This document shows, one piece after another, positions 27,801-41,600 of a DNA stretch of 64,000 nucleotides (the stretch's first letter is position 1; each line of letters begins with the position of its first letter). The translations under genes and the position numbers were made by a program. The notes beneath the pieces are model-generated. The model did not search any database. It saw only the letters and a program-made list of their open reading frames with translations, and was not told where the DNA came from. Source of the DNA: Paraspadella gotoi (lineage: Eukaryota > Animalia > Chaetognatha); the NCBI GenBank assembly GCA_051294375.1, contig JBJCIZ010000239.1, forward strand, positions 6,491,539 through 6,555,538. The letters run 5' to 3'.

Positions 27801-30800
27801 TTAGCCCAATTACAATCATGCTGCATACGCTACACCTTCTGCCCGGGCCTGTTAAAACAACTCTGCCCCTCAACCAATGCTGGAAAGACGGAGCCAGGGG
27901 ACAGAAGCCGTCGAAAGGCACTCAGCAGCATCAACCAACAGCATTCAGACTATCACACTTTAGGGCCGGCGGCGATGCCGAGGAGGATTTGTTCTGTGGT
28001 AGTACAAATAATACCACACAAGTTCATCCAAGAATGAGCAGCACTTATGCTGTCAGACGGTACAACCGCCAAAGACTTGGGTTCGTTCCCTGCCTGATTC
28101 AATACAAGTGGAGGCGTGATGGGGTGTCTAACCCACTTTGTAGTGACAGACTACAGCACAGTTAAAGTATTGGACCTTGTGTGCAATGAACGATGGTCCT
28201 GGCATCGTTTTTTTACAACCACCTATTTTAACCTCAAATTTTGTCTAAGTTTAAACACATAGGCTCAGGGTATTAGAGTTAAGGACTACTTAATATAGAT
28301 TAGTTAGGGATTAGGCGTTAGGGGATTTTGTTTGCTAGTTATCTAGATAAAGAATTAGATTTCTAGAATTAGGATTAAAGTTAAGCATTTCGGTTTAGGG
28401 AATAGTCAGGAAAAGATTAAGGTCTAACTTAAAAATAATAACTAGACTGAGGGAAAGGACCAGATATAAGGCTTTTGTGGAAGAAAAGTTTTTGGGACTT
28501 TTTGAAACTGTTCGATAATTGAATCATCTCGAGTAAGACAGGTGTCATGCTTATAGCGGGGGTGAACTTATGCACCGACTACACCCTTCTCACTTAAAAC
28601 TCCTTCACCAATTTCTAACCCACCCAAAAATGAAAACCCCTTACCGTCATCGAAGATGTTTCTGGTAGCGAAAAAACGAATGTTTGTAGAGCGGCGACTG
28701 GTGAGGCACTCGCTAAGCGGCGACCGCCGCGGCGGAGACGGTAGGCGAGGCGCGTGGCGAGTGCGTGGCGTGGAGGGAGTGTTTGAAGGGGGTGGCGACG
28801 ACGTCGACGACGATGTTGGCTTCTCTGGTCCCCTTCTTTGCGAATTCTTCGGTCGTTTCTTGGTTCGTTTCTTCGGCAGCCGGCTTCCTTTTGGCATTAC
28901 CGATCATTCCCAGGAGTCGCTCGCAAGTGTCGGCATTCGCTCGTGGTCCAGAGGAAAGGATAAAAGAGTCATGACTTTGTCCGGGAGGATAGGGGTAGAC
29001 GCTGCGGTTTCTTCACGTGCATCTGGTTGATGGCACCAAGGTAAGCAGCGACCTTTCGCGTTGAGTTCCAGTGTTTAGGGAGAAGACGAACGATTTTTGT
29101 TTTCGAAGCGTTTGGCGCTGTGGATATTGAAGCGTTTAGGATAGAGTTAGATCGAATAGAGGAAGATAGAAGATAATCGGGTGGTAAGATGGTCACAAGC
29201 TTAGTCGCAGATAGTCTTTACAGTTACATGAAGGCTAGTGCATAGTACAACAAAAGATTCCCTGGTCTAAAATTGGAGGGGGTTGTCTTATAAAACATTC
29301 ATTGAATTATTCTCCATCCCATTATAAGAGGCCAGATGCACTGGAACTTCCTTAACTAGACTGATGGGAGAGTCTGATTGAAAGCTTCGAATCTCGCTAT
29401 GAAATAAAGTACCACCTTATAAAAATTATACTTATATTGGAATAAACAATTATCTTGCCCCTGACATTATGTCTTGGATAGTCTAGGGTCGGTTTTTTTG
29501 GCCTTCATCGCTCATACAAGATTTTACGAAGATCCTTGAACGTTTTCAATTAGACGCAATCATAGTTTAGTTTACTTACTCCCTTTGTCTCGGCTTCCCT
29601 ATCAATATTAATTCAATGGGATGATTGTAAATATCTTGTAAAAATGGATTGCAGGCGGGCTTCTTCCTCTCTCTCCTCCTCTCTCCCAACTCCTCCTCCT
29701 TTTTCCCTCCCCCCTTTCCTGCAGAGTAAAAAGGAAGGACTTTGTCTTTCAATCTCTTTCGTTGACGTAGAGTGCGAGATTGTCCCCGTACACCTGTCGG
29801 GTTTGGTTTGGAGAACAAAGTGACCCCAGCCTGCACAGGAAGTTTGATGAGAGTACATGACCCCGCCTGATGTAGCCGAGGAAGAACGGGGCTTTGAATG
29901 AACATCATGCAGGCATTGGGAAGGTAGAGGCCAGGGAAGAGGAAGATCATCAACGGCGCCGACAGCTTTCTGCTTAACCTACGGACGGGAATGTGCGAAT
30001 TACGGAAGGGGGGCAGGAGGGTGAGGGGCCGGTGGGTAGTGTGTGAGGAAGTAGGGGTGTGGGAAGGGGAAACTTTGGACTCTAAGCAAGTCTCTTACCC
30101 ACATTTTTACGCCCCATACAATACTGATGTATATTGACAAAAAAGCAATTTGAACTTTTACAATGTATCATAAAAAATACCTCGAGACTATGTGATTTCT
30201 TGAAACAGGCAGTCGTCATAACGTCTCTGCTCTATAAATATTTTTTTTTCTTGAGGCATGCTTAGTACCATGGTTTTGAATTTGATATTAAACATGGTCG
30301 TTTGAGCTCTGAAAAGTCAGCTTAGGTCCAGGTTGTTGCTGACTATTTCCCATTTAGCAACTTGGCCTATCCTCGTCTGACGTGGAGAGAGAAAAAGAAA
30401 AAAATGGAGGAAAATAACTAAAAAATTTAAAATTTGTATATTTGTCCAAATTTCTTTTTTTTAAACATCAATTTTTCTGCATCGCATTCTGGCTATATCC
30501 ATCTAAAACAGACGACAAGAACAACAACGACAATCACTCTCTCTCTGTCTCTCTTCTGTCTCTCTCTTCTCTTTCTTTCTCTTTCTCTTTCTTTCTTTCT
30601 TTCTCTTTGTACTATATATTCATTGCTATGCTAATTGTATTTATTTTATGAAATTCATATTTTTAATTTCGGTGTCACTGATTAAAAGAATAGATAAAAT
30701 ATATATAATAGTAATATTATCATATAAATAATTAATTATTATATTAGTTAAAATTTCTTTTACAGATAAAATATTACCGATGAGATGAAAAAATGAAATA

Positions 30801-33800
30801 CTTAAATAAAAATATTGAATAAATAAATAATAAAATAAATCAAATCAAAAATTACAGATAAAATATTAGAGATTAGTTATGACATAAGATATATAAATCT
30901 TAAAAACTTCAAATATTCTTTAAAAGTCATCACTGTACTCTCCATGCCTCTCCATAGTGAAATACAATCATTCTTACAAATTTCATAAAAATAAAAAGCA
31001 TTATATTATAAAATATATATAACAGATTGAAAAAAAAGGCTATGCATTCTGGACCCTCGCCTTTTCTGTCCTAGCCTTGGGCAAACAAATTCAGTGTGGA
31101 GAGGTCGATCTTGGATTTCGTTTTCGTGTAAAGAAGGGGAATCCGAATCGGATTCTCTGTAGGGGGGGAGGTGTGGAGATGAAAAAAATGGGGTGGCGGT
31201 GGAGGGGGGTGTAATATTAAACATCAGAGGGGAGTTATTAATTAAGTTCAGATGGATAAAATTAAATAAAAAAAACTATAATGTTAAACCTAAAAATTAA
31301 AAAACGGGTTAATAATAAGTAATTAATAATTTGATAAATAATTTGAAAACCAATTAATGTATACCATCTTTTTAACGACTCATCAATCTTACCTCCCCCT
31401 ATTATTAAAAAACAGATTTTATTTAAAATTTTGACTTATTTGTATGTATTACTACTTATAAACATAAAATAAACTTACAAAAATATTTTTGAAGGTTTAA
31501 ATTTTTTCTATGTTTATTAAATCAAATATTATTGCAGAATTAAGTTTGCTTTCAAGGTTATTGCGATTAAGATTTGATTTTTAGTTAGGAATCTAGGGTT
31601 ATAGGATTAAGGTTTAGGTTTATAAGATTAAGGTTTAGAGGATTAAGTGAGGAATTTAGAAATTGAAATTAGGAATTAAGGTTAAGAGAAATGATAGGTA
31701 AAACTGAATATTAACCGTGTAGCGACTTCCCTGTTGGTAATTTTGTTTTCTGCTTTTAAAGCACTGACTTAAAAAAATATTTTTTTGCTAAAAAAAGAAT
31801 AGTTGTTTTTCAAAAACCACCCTAACCCTAATATTAAACCACCCTCTTACCCTGTGCTACCCTTAACCCTAACTACCCCTAATCCTAACACCCTTAACCT
31901 TAACCACCCCTAACCATGAACCACCCCCTAACTCCTCGCCATCCTCTAAGCTCCTAACTTTAAAATACCCTTACACTTAATCAAACTTTTATTTTTTCCT
32001 AATAATATCAAACCAAGGTAATGATATATGCAAAAAAATAAATAACCGACCGTCCTCGGATTGTGGTCGGCGAAAAGTACAATTATGCCGAATGATTTTT
32101 TAGGGCGAGGATTTTGAAAAAAAAAAGTTCAGCTGGATGAGAAACAGAAATGGCGGGTCGCTGATCCAGGGAAAAAAAATAATACTAGGTTTTAAAAATT
32201 ATATAATTATATCTTAATTAAATTCCTAATACTCACCCATCTCAATCCTCCATCTGACCGCACCCAGCTTCGTCGATCATCTTGAGAAAGACCTCGTCCA
32301 AGGAGCGTCATCGAGATCCCGTAGTTCTCGATCCGACGATCGGCCAATGGTGGCAGGATCCTCCAGGCTGGCGAAGAGAAGCGGGAACTGAGCCGCGGAT
32401 TCGCGGGGAGAGGTGAAGATGATTTCCTGTGAATATCGGAGAGAATGAGGATAGAGGGTGAAGGGGGTGGCTTTTCCGTGATATGGAGAGGATGGGTAAG
32501 GGAGTGAAGTGTTCCTGTGAATAATCGGAGAGTGAGATGGGGGGGTTAGGGGGAAGAAAAAGGGTGTAAAGTGGAGAAGGAGGAGTGTAGGGTTAAGTCA
32601 GTGGAGTGCCCAACCAATTCTTTGTAAAGTTGAAGGAAATATAGAATTATTTATGTAACTTGGCAAAATGAAATCGGTTTGGGTCTCTTTTTTAAAAGAA
32701 CTCCTTAAATGTTATTGGGTATATTTTTTCAAATGTCTTAAGCTTTAATGAAAGTAATTTACTAATATTTGAAATAGGAACTTTGTGTTGGCGCCTTTAA
32801 TGTTGTCTTTTAAATTGTTTTTTTTTTTACTCAAAGCCCTAACCTTTTCCCACATCTAAATTCTTATACTCTTTGGAACCTCACCTGGCCGTGCACGCCT
32901 CCCAGGCGTCGCCGAAGGCAGATAATTCATCACGAAGTTCGCTTATTTTGTCCCACGTTCATGATCCTTTTGTCACGCAGGGTTCAGGTTGATAACCCAG
33001 CGCCGAATCTGTAGATAAGTTTGTGCCTTTTTTTATTCCAAAAACGTCCCCGTTTTATCTGAATCCGGAATTACATGGTGAAATTTTACAAGCGCCGGAG
33101 AAATACGTTCATTTGCAAACCAGTTGGTATATTCTTCATTGATTTTAAAAATTAGTTGATATAAATACTAAAAACTATTTATGTTGTTAAAATTTTATAT
33201 TGATCACGGTTAAGATAGTTTGACAATGAGTGGAGAAACGTTGGCTTTTCATCGGGTATAATTTTCCAACTCACTGTTTTAAATTAAATTTTTTTTTTAA
33301 CTTTTTAGCACTTTTTTAAAAAAAATATTTATTAAATATTAACAATATTAATATCCTCAGAAAGCCTTTTAAAAATATGAAGAGAATGATATCCTTACGA
33401 AAGCTCTAACATAAAGAAGTGAGCTGCCCAGCCTTGGTTCAATTAAGAGTGTCAAAAGTAATTATTTAAAATTTTAAATTTAAAAAAAAAAAAAGTTTTA
33501 TGACCCTGTTTAACATTATTATAACATAAAATATTATTATTTATCATGAAAGAGCCTGAGAAAAAAGGATTTAAGATAGCCAATCACAATTTAAATTTAC
33601 TCTCCAGCCTATTGATTTTTAAAAAGATGCTCTCGTTTTTGAATATGCCTAATTAATATTAAAGCTGGGCCAGTTAAATTTTATACTACAGTATTTGTAA
33701 AGTACGTCATTCTTTTTAGATTGAAAGGGCTTTCAGAAGATAAAAAATTAATATTTATTTTTTTCAAATTTCTTTAGAAAAACTTAGAGAGAAAAAAATT

Positions 33801-36316
33801 AAATACGTAAAAAAAGTGAGTTGGAACAATAAAACCCGATTTACAACGCCAACTTTCTCCATCTCATTGTCAAGGCATAAATCTTAAAGCAGATCAAATA
33901 TATAAAATTGAAACATAAAATTATTTTTATATGTTTTATTTAACTAATTTTTAAAAATCATTGAAATAACACTAGTTGCAAATGTCAGCGCTTTTTTACC
34001 GGCGCTTGTTAAAATTGTCACATGTTGAAATCAGATTTTACCGTTTTTTAAAGCTCAGGTTAGAAATTAAGGTCAGAAGATTTAGCTAGGGTTTAGGTTT
34101 AGAATTTGGTTCGCTCGATACAGATTAGGGTAAAAGAAATATGTTATGGGCGTTTTAAAATAAAGGAGAATTAAACTATTATGTTAAATAAAAATTCAGA
34201 GATTAAGGAACAGAAATAGAGCACTTTTTACGAACAAAAAAGCTTTTAAAGTCTGAAACTTTAATCAAATCCATTAGGAACAGAAATGAGGCCGGTTTTC
34301 AGAAAATAGTTTCTCATACTTATTTCTTTCAGAAAATTGAGGAGCCCAGATGCACTGGAGGTATCTCGTTGATGAGGATGCGCCTTTCTGTCGGCCAGCG
34401 ATGTCGGCTTTCGTCCATCGAAGTGTGTCTTGTCAAGATGATTACCTTTTTTTCGTTTTTTGGGGGTTTTTTATAAATAATAATTGATGAATAAATAAAT
34501 AAATGGATTTAATACAATAAAAAGATTGATAAATACAATGATTAAGAAAACGCTCGAGGTAAGTCTAAAGAGAAGAAAGAAAAAGAGCAAAGAGTTGAAA
34601 GAAAATTACAGACAAAGAGAGAGAGATAGGAACAGAGAGTAGCGTGTGCATAAAGATGAAAATAGAGGGAGGGAGAGAGAGAGCGATGAAGGAGAGATGA
34701 GAGAGAGGATGAGAGAGAGAGAGAGAGAGAGAGAAGAGAGAGAAAGAGAGAAGATCCGCCAGAACCGCCTTCAACCTTCCCCTGCTTTCCTCCTTCAGAC
34801 GATCCCACGAAGACGCCGCTCCTCGAGAAAGGGTCCAACCGGCCGTGGGTTCGTCGAAGCAGCACCATCTTTCGGATCCCCGTCAACCGCGATGGCGACC
34901 GAAAGTCTTACCGCTTCTGTCCTCCGCCTCAACTTTCTCGTCCACCGTGTCTTTCTTCTCCCAAGGAGAATTGTTCAGACGACTTTTCGCGTCTTTGAGC
35001 GGACTTGTTCTTATTGTTTGCCGGATGCCCTGTCGTGGAGACGGGAGGGAGGGAGCGAAGCTTTGGCGGGAGAGGGGAGCGAGAAGAGACCTTTTTGACT
35101 CGCAGAGTAGCAGAGAGAGAGGAGAGATAGATGAGAGATCGAGAGGAGAGAGAGAGAGAAGAGAGAAGAGAGAGAGCAGAGAGAGAAGAGAGAGAGAGAA
35201 AGCAGAGAGAAGAGAGAAAATAAACAAAGAATTGATTTTTCGAATGCTCCAAAGTTATTAAAGTTTACACGAAAACAAATGATACCATACAATTAAAAAA
35301 AGTAAAATAAATTAACAGAAACTCACAATGTAATGTACTACATAGTTTACATTTTCAGTGTTTACACAAAAAAGAGAGAAAGAGGGGGAGAGAGGGAGAG
35401 AGAGAGACACAAGCCTCACCCGCTCACCTGGAATCTGCTGAAGAGGACCAAATGTTCCTTGCAGGTCAAATTGTCGAAGATGATGTCGTGTTGGGGACAA
35501 ATGCCTGTCATCTGAAGAGGAGAAGGACGTGAACGGTGAACCCGTCTTTCGTCTCTTATCGATATGAAAAAAAGGCTTTTTCTCTGACCCCTTGTCTGTA
35601 AGCTTCTCCTTTTGTGTCCTTCAATCTATCAATCAATCAATCAAGCAATCTACCAAACAATCAATCAATCAGATAATCAAGCTTTCAATCACTCAATTAC
35701 TCAATCGGTCAGTCAACCAATCATTCATTCAATAAATCACTAAGTCGATCAATCACTCAGTCAATCAATCACTTACTTAATCAATCACTCAGTCAATAAA
35801 CCATTAACTCAATCAATAACTCAGTCGATCAATCACTAACTCAATCAATCAATCACTTACTCAATCAATCACTCAGTCAATGATTCACTTTTCTCCTTCA
35901 TAACCTCAAGTTTTTTTCTTTCTTTCTTTAATCTCCCTTCATTCTCTCCCCCCTTCATCCCCCCGATCCCCACGACCCACCCCTCGTATCGCCGTCATCC
36001 CGAACGGGTCCGTGATGTCGTTCCCGTACAGCCGGGCCGTACCGCCCGTGGGCCGGACGAGTCCGATCAACATGTTGATGGTGGTCGTCTTCCCGGCGCC
36101 GTTGGGCCCGAGGATGCACGTGATCTGAGTGGGGGCGCTTAGAGCGGTCTGCATGGGTAGAGAACCGACTGCCGGAGACGGGGAGTGCGTGGGCGGCGTG
36201 AGCTTTGGCGGAGATGGGCGTATCTGAGATGTGGGTAACAGGACGAGGGCGAAATTTGGTTTGTGGCAGGCGGGGGGCACCTCTCTCCTCTACTCTCTGC
36301 GTGCTCGTCTCTCTCT

Positions 36317-36362
<46 letters not shown>

Positions 36363-39300
36363 TTGACACATTTTTGTCTGTGTAAATCAAATTCAATTTT
36401 AACGCTGATGAAGGCTCGCGAATAGAGCCGAAACATGTACGTTTTTTAAATGAAAATAAAATCGTTGTTGTAAACAATTCAAACGCTTTTTCTAAATGAT
36501 AAAAAACTATAATAAAAAACCCTAACCATAACTATCCAAAACCCTAAACCATCCCTAACCCTAAACAGTAAACACCCTGTAACCCGAGTTGGAGAATTTA
36601 AAATTAAGACTCTTTTTTTAATCCCTCAACTTGAATTTTTAAAACTAATATTTAATCCTAATCTGTTATTAAACATGAAACATGATCCAACCTGGACCAT
36701 TTATTCAATATTCATTAATTCTCCTTGACCACTCGTCATACATCAGACCGCGTGGCCAAATGGAGAAGGCGTCTGACTACGAATCAGGAGATTGAGGGTT
36801 CGAGTCCCTCCGCGGTTAACATTCAAAACTATTTAAACTATGCGAAATATTTTGTTTAATTTCTTCAGGCCAATCATATTATCTTTTATCCAAGCTTTTG
36901 CGTCCGAGCTCTTTGAGACTTGTTTACTCCTTTTGCTTTACCTTCAAAGCGATCTTCCCATCCAAGCTTGGGCGTCCAAGCTTTCTCTCTGGCTCAATTT
37001 TAAAACGATCTTCCCATTCAAGCTCTTGGCATCCAAGCTTTCTCTCTGCCTCACTTTTAAAGAGATCTTCGTGTCCAAGCTCTTGGCGTTAAAGCTCTCT
37101 CTCCAACTTATCTTCAAAGCAATCTTCCAATCCAAGCTCTTGGCATCCAAGCTTTCTCTCTGCCTCACTTTTAAAGCAATCTTCACATCCAAGCTCTTGG
37201 CGTCCAAGCTCTCTCTCCGCCTCACCTTTAATGCAATCTTCCCATCCAAGCTCTTGGCATCCAAGATTTTTCTCTGCCTTACCTTTTAAGCGATTATTCA
37301 ATCCAAGCTTTCTCTCTGCCTCACCTTCAATGCGATCATACCATCTTGCATTGCGATGCGATCTTCCCATCCAAGCTTTCTCTCTGCCTCACCTTCAAAG
37401 CAATCTTCCCATCCAAACTTTCTCTCTGCCTCACCTTCAAAGCGATCTTCCCATCCAAACTTTCTCTCTACCTCACCTTCAAAGCTATCTTCCCATCCAA
37501 ACTTTCTCTCTGCCTCACCTTCAAAGTGATCTTCCCATTCAAGCTTTCTCTCTGCCTCACCTTCAAAGCAATCTTCCCATCCAAGCTTTCTCTCAGCCTC
37601 ACCTTCAAAGTGATCTTCCCATCCAAACCAGTATATAAGGTGATAGACAGACGCGGGTCTATTACCCCCTCCTTCTCATTCACCTCCTCTTCATCCTCCT
37701 CCCAGGGATTCGGGGCCGCGTTCACGAGATTCAGTTCACCTTCCTCTATTCTCCTACTAGTTTCTCCCCTTTTTTTACTCTCATGATTGTCGCCGTATAG
37801 ATTTTCCTGCCGTCGTGACTTTACTTCCGGTTAGGATACCTTTTCAGAGCAAACTTTCTCTCTGCCTCACTTTCAAAGCGATCTTCCCATCCAAACTTTC
37901 TCTCTGCCTCACCTACAAAGCGATCTTCCCATCCAAGCTTTCTCTCTGCCTCATCTTCAAAGCGATCTTCCCATCGAAACTTTCTCTCTGCCTCACCTTC
38001 AAAGGGATCTTCCCATCCAAGCTTTCTCTCTGCCTCTCCTTCAAAGCGATCTTCCCATCCAAGCTTTCTCTCTGCCTCACCTTCAAAGCGATCTTCCCAT
38101 CCAAGCTCTTGGGGACGGGTTCAACTACTTCCGACACTAGGTCCGCGTTGGTCGCGTCGTCAGCTTCGATGTTCGGCAACTCTCTCCTTCTGTTTTGACA
38201 GCAGGACCAGTAGTGGGGAGTGCAAAAGAAACAAGGGTTTCTCTGAAGGAGGGGGGGAAGGAAGGGGGCGGGAGGTGGGTTGTGTAGTAAGGCGTAGTGA
38301 AAGTTACATACGAAAATTCTAAAAGTCATTTATGAACAACATACCCTCAGTGAACATTAATTTGTAAAAAAAATTAATTTTATGTTTTTTAATTTTCGCA
38401 GTAGGCTATATTTATATATAGTACTATCCTTATAAAATCAAAAAATTCAAAATAGGCTTTTCTTAATTTTGATTGCAGATTTGAATTCCTCGTCAAAAGT
38501 TGATAAAGAAAATATAAATCATTTTTAAAAATTCTTTCATTAAGTGGGTTAAAAATTAAAAAAACTATATTTAATATATAAAAAGTTAATTTTCAGCTTA
38601 AAATATAGCTTTTTCTAATTTTTGACTCACTTAATGAAGGAATTTTTCAAAAAGTTATATTTCTTTTTACCAACTTTTTATGACGAATCAAATCTGCAAA
38701 AAAATCTTAGAAAAAACTGTTTGAAATTTTAACATTTATGGTTTAGTACTAGTATAAATATGGCCTACTGCGTAAATTGTAAAATTATTAGAATTTTTTT
38801 ATTACAAATGTTTATTAGTATAGATTGGTTCGTTCCTCACTTTTAGAATTTAATTAAAGTTAAATTTAGAAATTTTACTACGCCTTATTGTGTAGTCAGG
38901 CATAGCAAAGTTCACCCCGCCTCTAAGCATGACACCTTCAGTCAAGATCCGGTGGCTCATTGAGTAAAGCCATCAGCTCATAACCACTAGGTACCGGGTT
39001 CAATCCCAACCCGGTACTTCCCTGCGGAAGTGTGAGGACGGCCGTAAGCGCCTTGGGGGCGTGGAAAACCCTCAAGCCTGGTTCCAAGCCCAGGACCCGT
39101 TCCATAGCTGCTAGAGGGGGTTAAAGAAGTTGCGGATAGTCATCTTCAGCCCACTTAGCGCCTTATCCATACTGGTGAGCCCATCCTGTTGAGCATATTC
39201 CAACCTTTTGATTCCAGGCCCATGGACGTGCTGAAGATTGCTCCCCTCCCTCCACTGGAAGCAGTGCAGGTGGGTTACAATCTGGGGGCATGTAGTCGGG

Positions 39301-41233
39301 CATAGCAAAGTTCACCCCGCCTCTCAAGCATGACACCTTAGGTTCGTGACCGTTTGGCTTTGAAATAAAGCAAAGTCAAGCTCATTGAACCTACTAGGTA
39401 TACGAGTTCAATCTCTAACCAGTAACGCCGTAAGACGTTGGGCGTGGAACTCAACTGGTTAACCAGGACTTCATACTCTCGAGGGGTTAAGTAAGTCATC
39501 TTAGCTAGCGCTATTCAAGGTAGTTGTCTTTTATATACTATAATTATATGCTAGTAAAGATTTACAATTTACTTCAGTGTACAGAAGAATATTTTTAGAC
39601 GATCTAGTAGAAGAGATTAGATGAGAGAGACCTTGTACCTAAACCATCTGGAAGAAGTTCTAATGAAATTGTTTATACAGTGTGTCCTATACTACTATAT
39701 GGCTGTGAGGTAAAAACTTTTTTGGGCTAGAGACATGAACAGAATTAATGTTGCTATTAATGATGGTATCATGAAAATTATTCGGATTCAAACCGATGGA
39801 AAGCATTAGAGAGCTTCGGACTTTAGTTTGGTTACTGTGATATTATTACATGTTTAACCAGCGTAAAAAGAACTTTATTTCCAAGATCTATAGTTCGAAA
39901 ATTTAGTTTCAAAAAAATAATCGCATTCTTTAATGATTGAAATATATTAATTGATAATTTGGACCTTTGTTGTCTGTGGTGGTGGTTTTCACGCAATCTT
40001 TAACTTTGTTTGTTTTTAGACTTAGCTTTTTTGATGCTCCTGTATGTAACTGAATCAACCTTGTTGAATCGAAATAAAACGCATTCTAAGCATGACACCT
40101 TCAGTCGTGACCGTGGCTCATTGAGTAAAGCCATCAGCTCATGACCACTAGGTACCGGGTTCAATCCCAACCAAGTGTGAGGACGGCCGTAAGCCGCCTT
40201 GGGGGGTGGAAAACCCTCAAGCCTGGTCCAAGCCCAGGATCCGTTCCATAGCTGCTCGAGGGGTTAAGAAGTTACGGATAGTCATCTTCAGCCCACTAAG
40301 CGCCTTATCCACAGTTGTAGCTTTAATGTTCGTTTATTATACATATAAAATTTTTTATTGCTAGTATTATTAAGATTATTTTATACAATATTTTAACTTT
40401 CAATTGATTGGATTGACGAGAGAGAGAGAAGAAGAAGAGAGAGAAGAGAGAGAGACACCTGCAGCCGGTTCCCGTAGACGGTGGGAAAGAAGTGCTCGAG
40501 ATAAACTGCGATAGCAAGAAGGCGATGAATTCGACAGAGAGAATATAAGACCGAGCCTGAGAAGAAATTTAATGTAATAAATATATAATAAAATACTTAA
40601 TTATATTTCAAATATCTAAATTAATAATTACTTGAAAAAAAATGTGTTGATGAACATTTTACAAATTTAAAAATAGAAAGAAAGAATAAGATTAATCTAT
40701 GAAACTTCGATCCAAAATTAAATTAATTTCAAAGTTAAAGATTAGGTTAAAGATTAAAGTTAGGGATTAGGTTGTGGATTGGCTTAAGAATTAAGATTGG
40801 GATTAAGTTTGTAATAGGGTTTAGGGATTAGAGTGAAGGATCAAAGTTAACATCAGGGATTGAATAAAAATTTGTTAAGAGGTTAGATCTTAGGGTTAAA
40901 ATAAAGTAAAACAGAAATGAGCGCGGTCTCGGTAAATAGTGCCGAAACGTGGGGTCCCTAACTGCGCCGTGAATGTCCAGTAGAGGGAAGTGCCGTCGTC
41001 TCGTTCGTCGGAAGCTCAACTTCTTCGTTGATGAGATCCCATCTGAGAGAAGGAAGAAGGAGAGGGTTGGTGGGGAGTGGGAGGGAGTGGGGAGTGGGGG
41101 AAGGGGAGAGATGGTGGGAGGAGGAGGAGGGGAGGGGAAAGGGAAGATGGGGAAGGGAAAGAATTTTAGGGAAAGGAGAGAGGAAAGGAGGAAGATGAGG
41201 AAGAGAAGAGAGAGGAAAGGAGAGAGGGTTGAT

Positions 41234-41290
<57 letters not shown>

Positions 41291-41535
41291 GGACGTTTGT
41301 AGAAAAAAGAGAAGAAACGAGGAGGGGAAATAAAAGAGAAAAAAAAAATCAGGAGTGGATGTAGGGAAAAATATATCCTTCTCTCTTTTTCTCTCTCTCT
41401 CTCTATCTTTCTGTCTTTTTCTATCTCTTTCTTTTCCCTGTTTTACTCTCTCTCCTCTCTCTCTTCTCTCTCTCTCTCTCTCTCCTGTGTCTCTTCCTCT
41501 CTCTTTCTATCCAACCCTTCCCCCTCTTCCCCCTC

Positions 41536-41600
<65 letters not shown>

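Larger units (their letters stand above)
23581..35990. other. Third copy of the ABCA mid-gene block (probable assembly duplication)
   Basis: Starts after an N gap; first ~2.6 kb identical to 10171-12760; many frameshifting indels. Confidence 0.8.

Noticed and set aside
36840-38198. Repetitive ORFs ([14 protein letters not shown])n
   Set aside because: Antisense reading of the 42-bp exon/donor minisatellite
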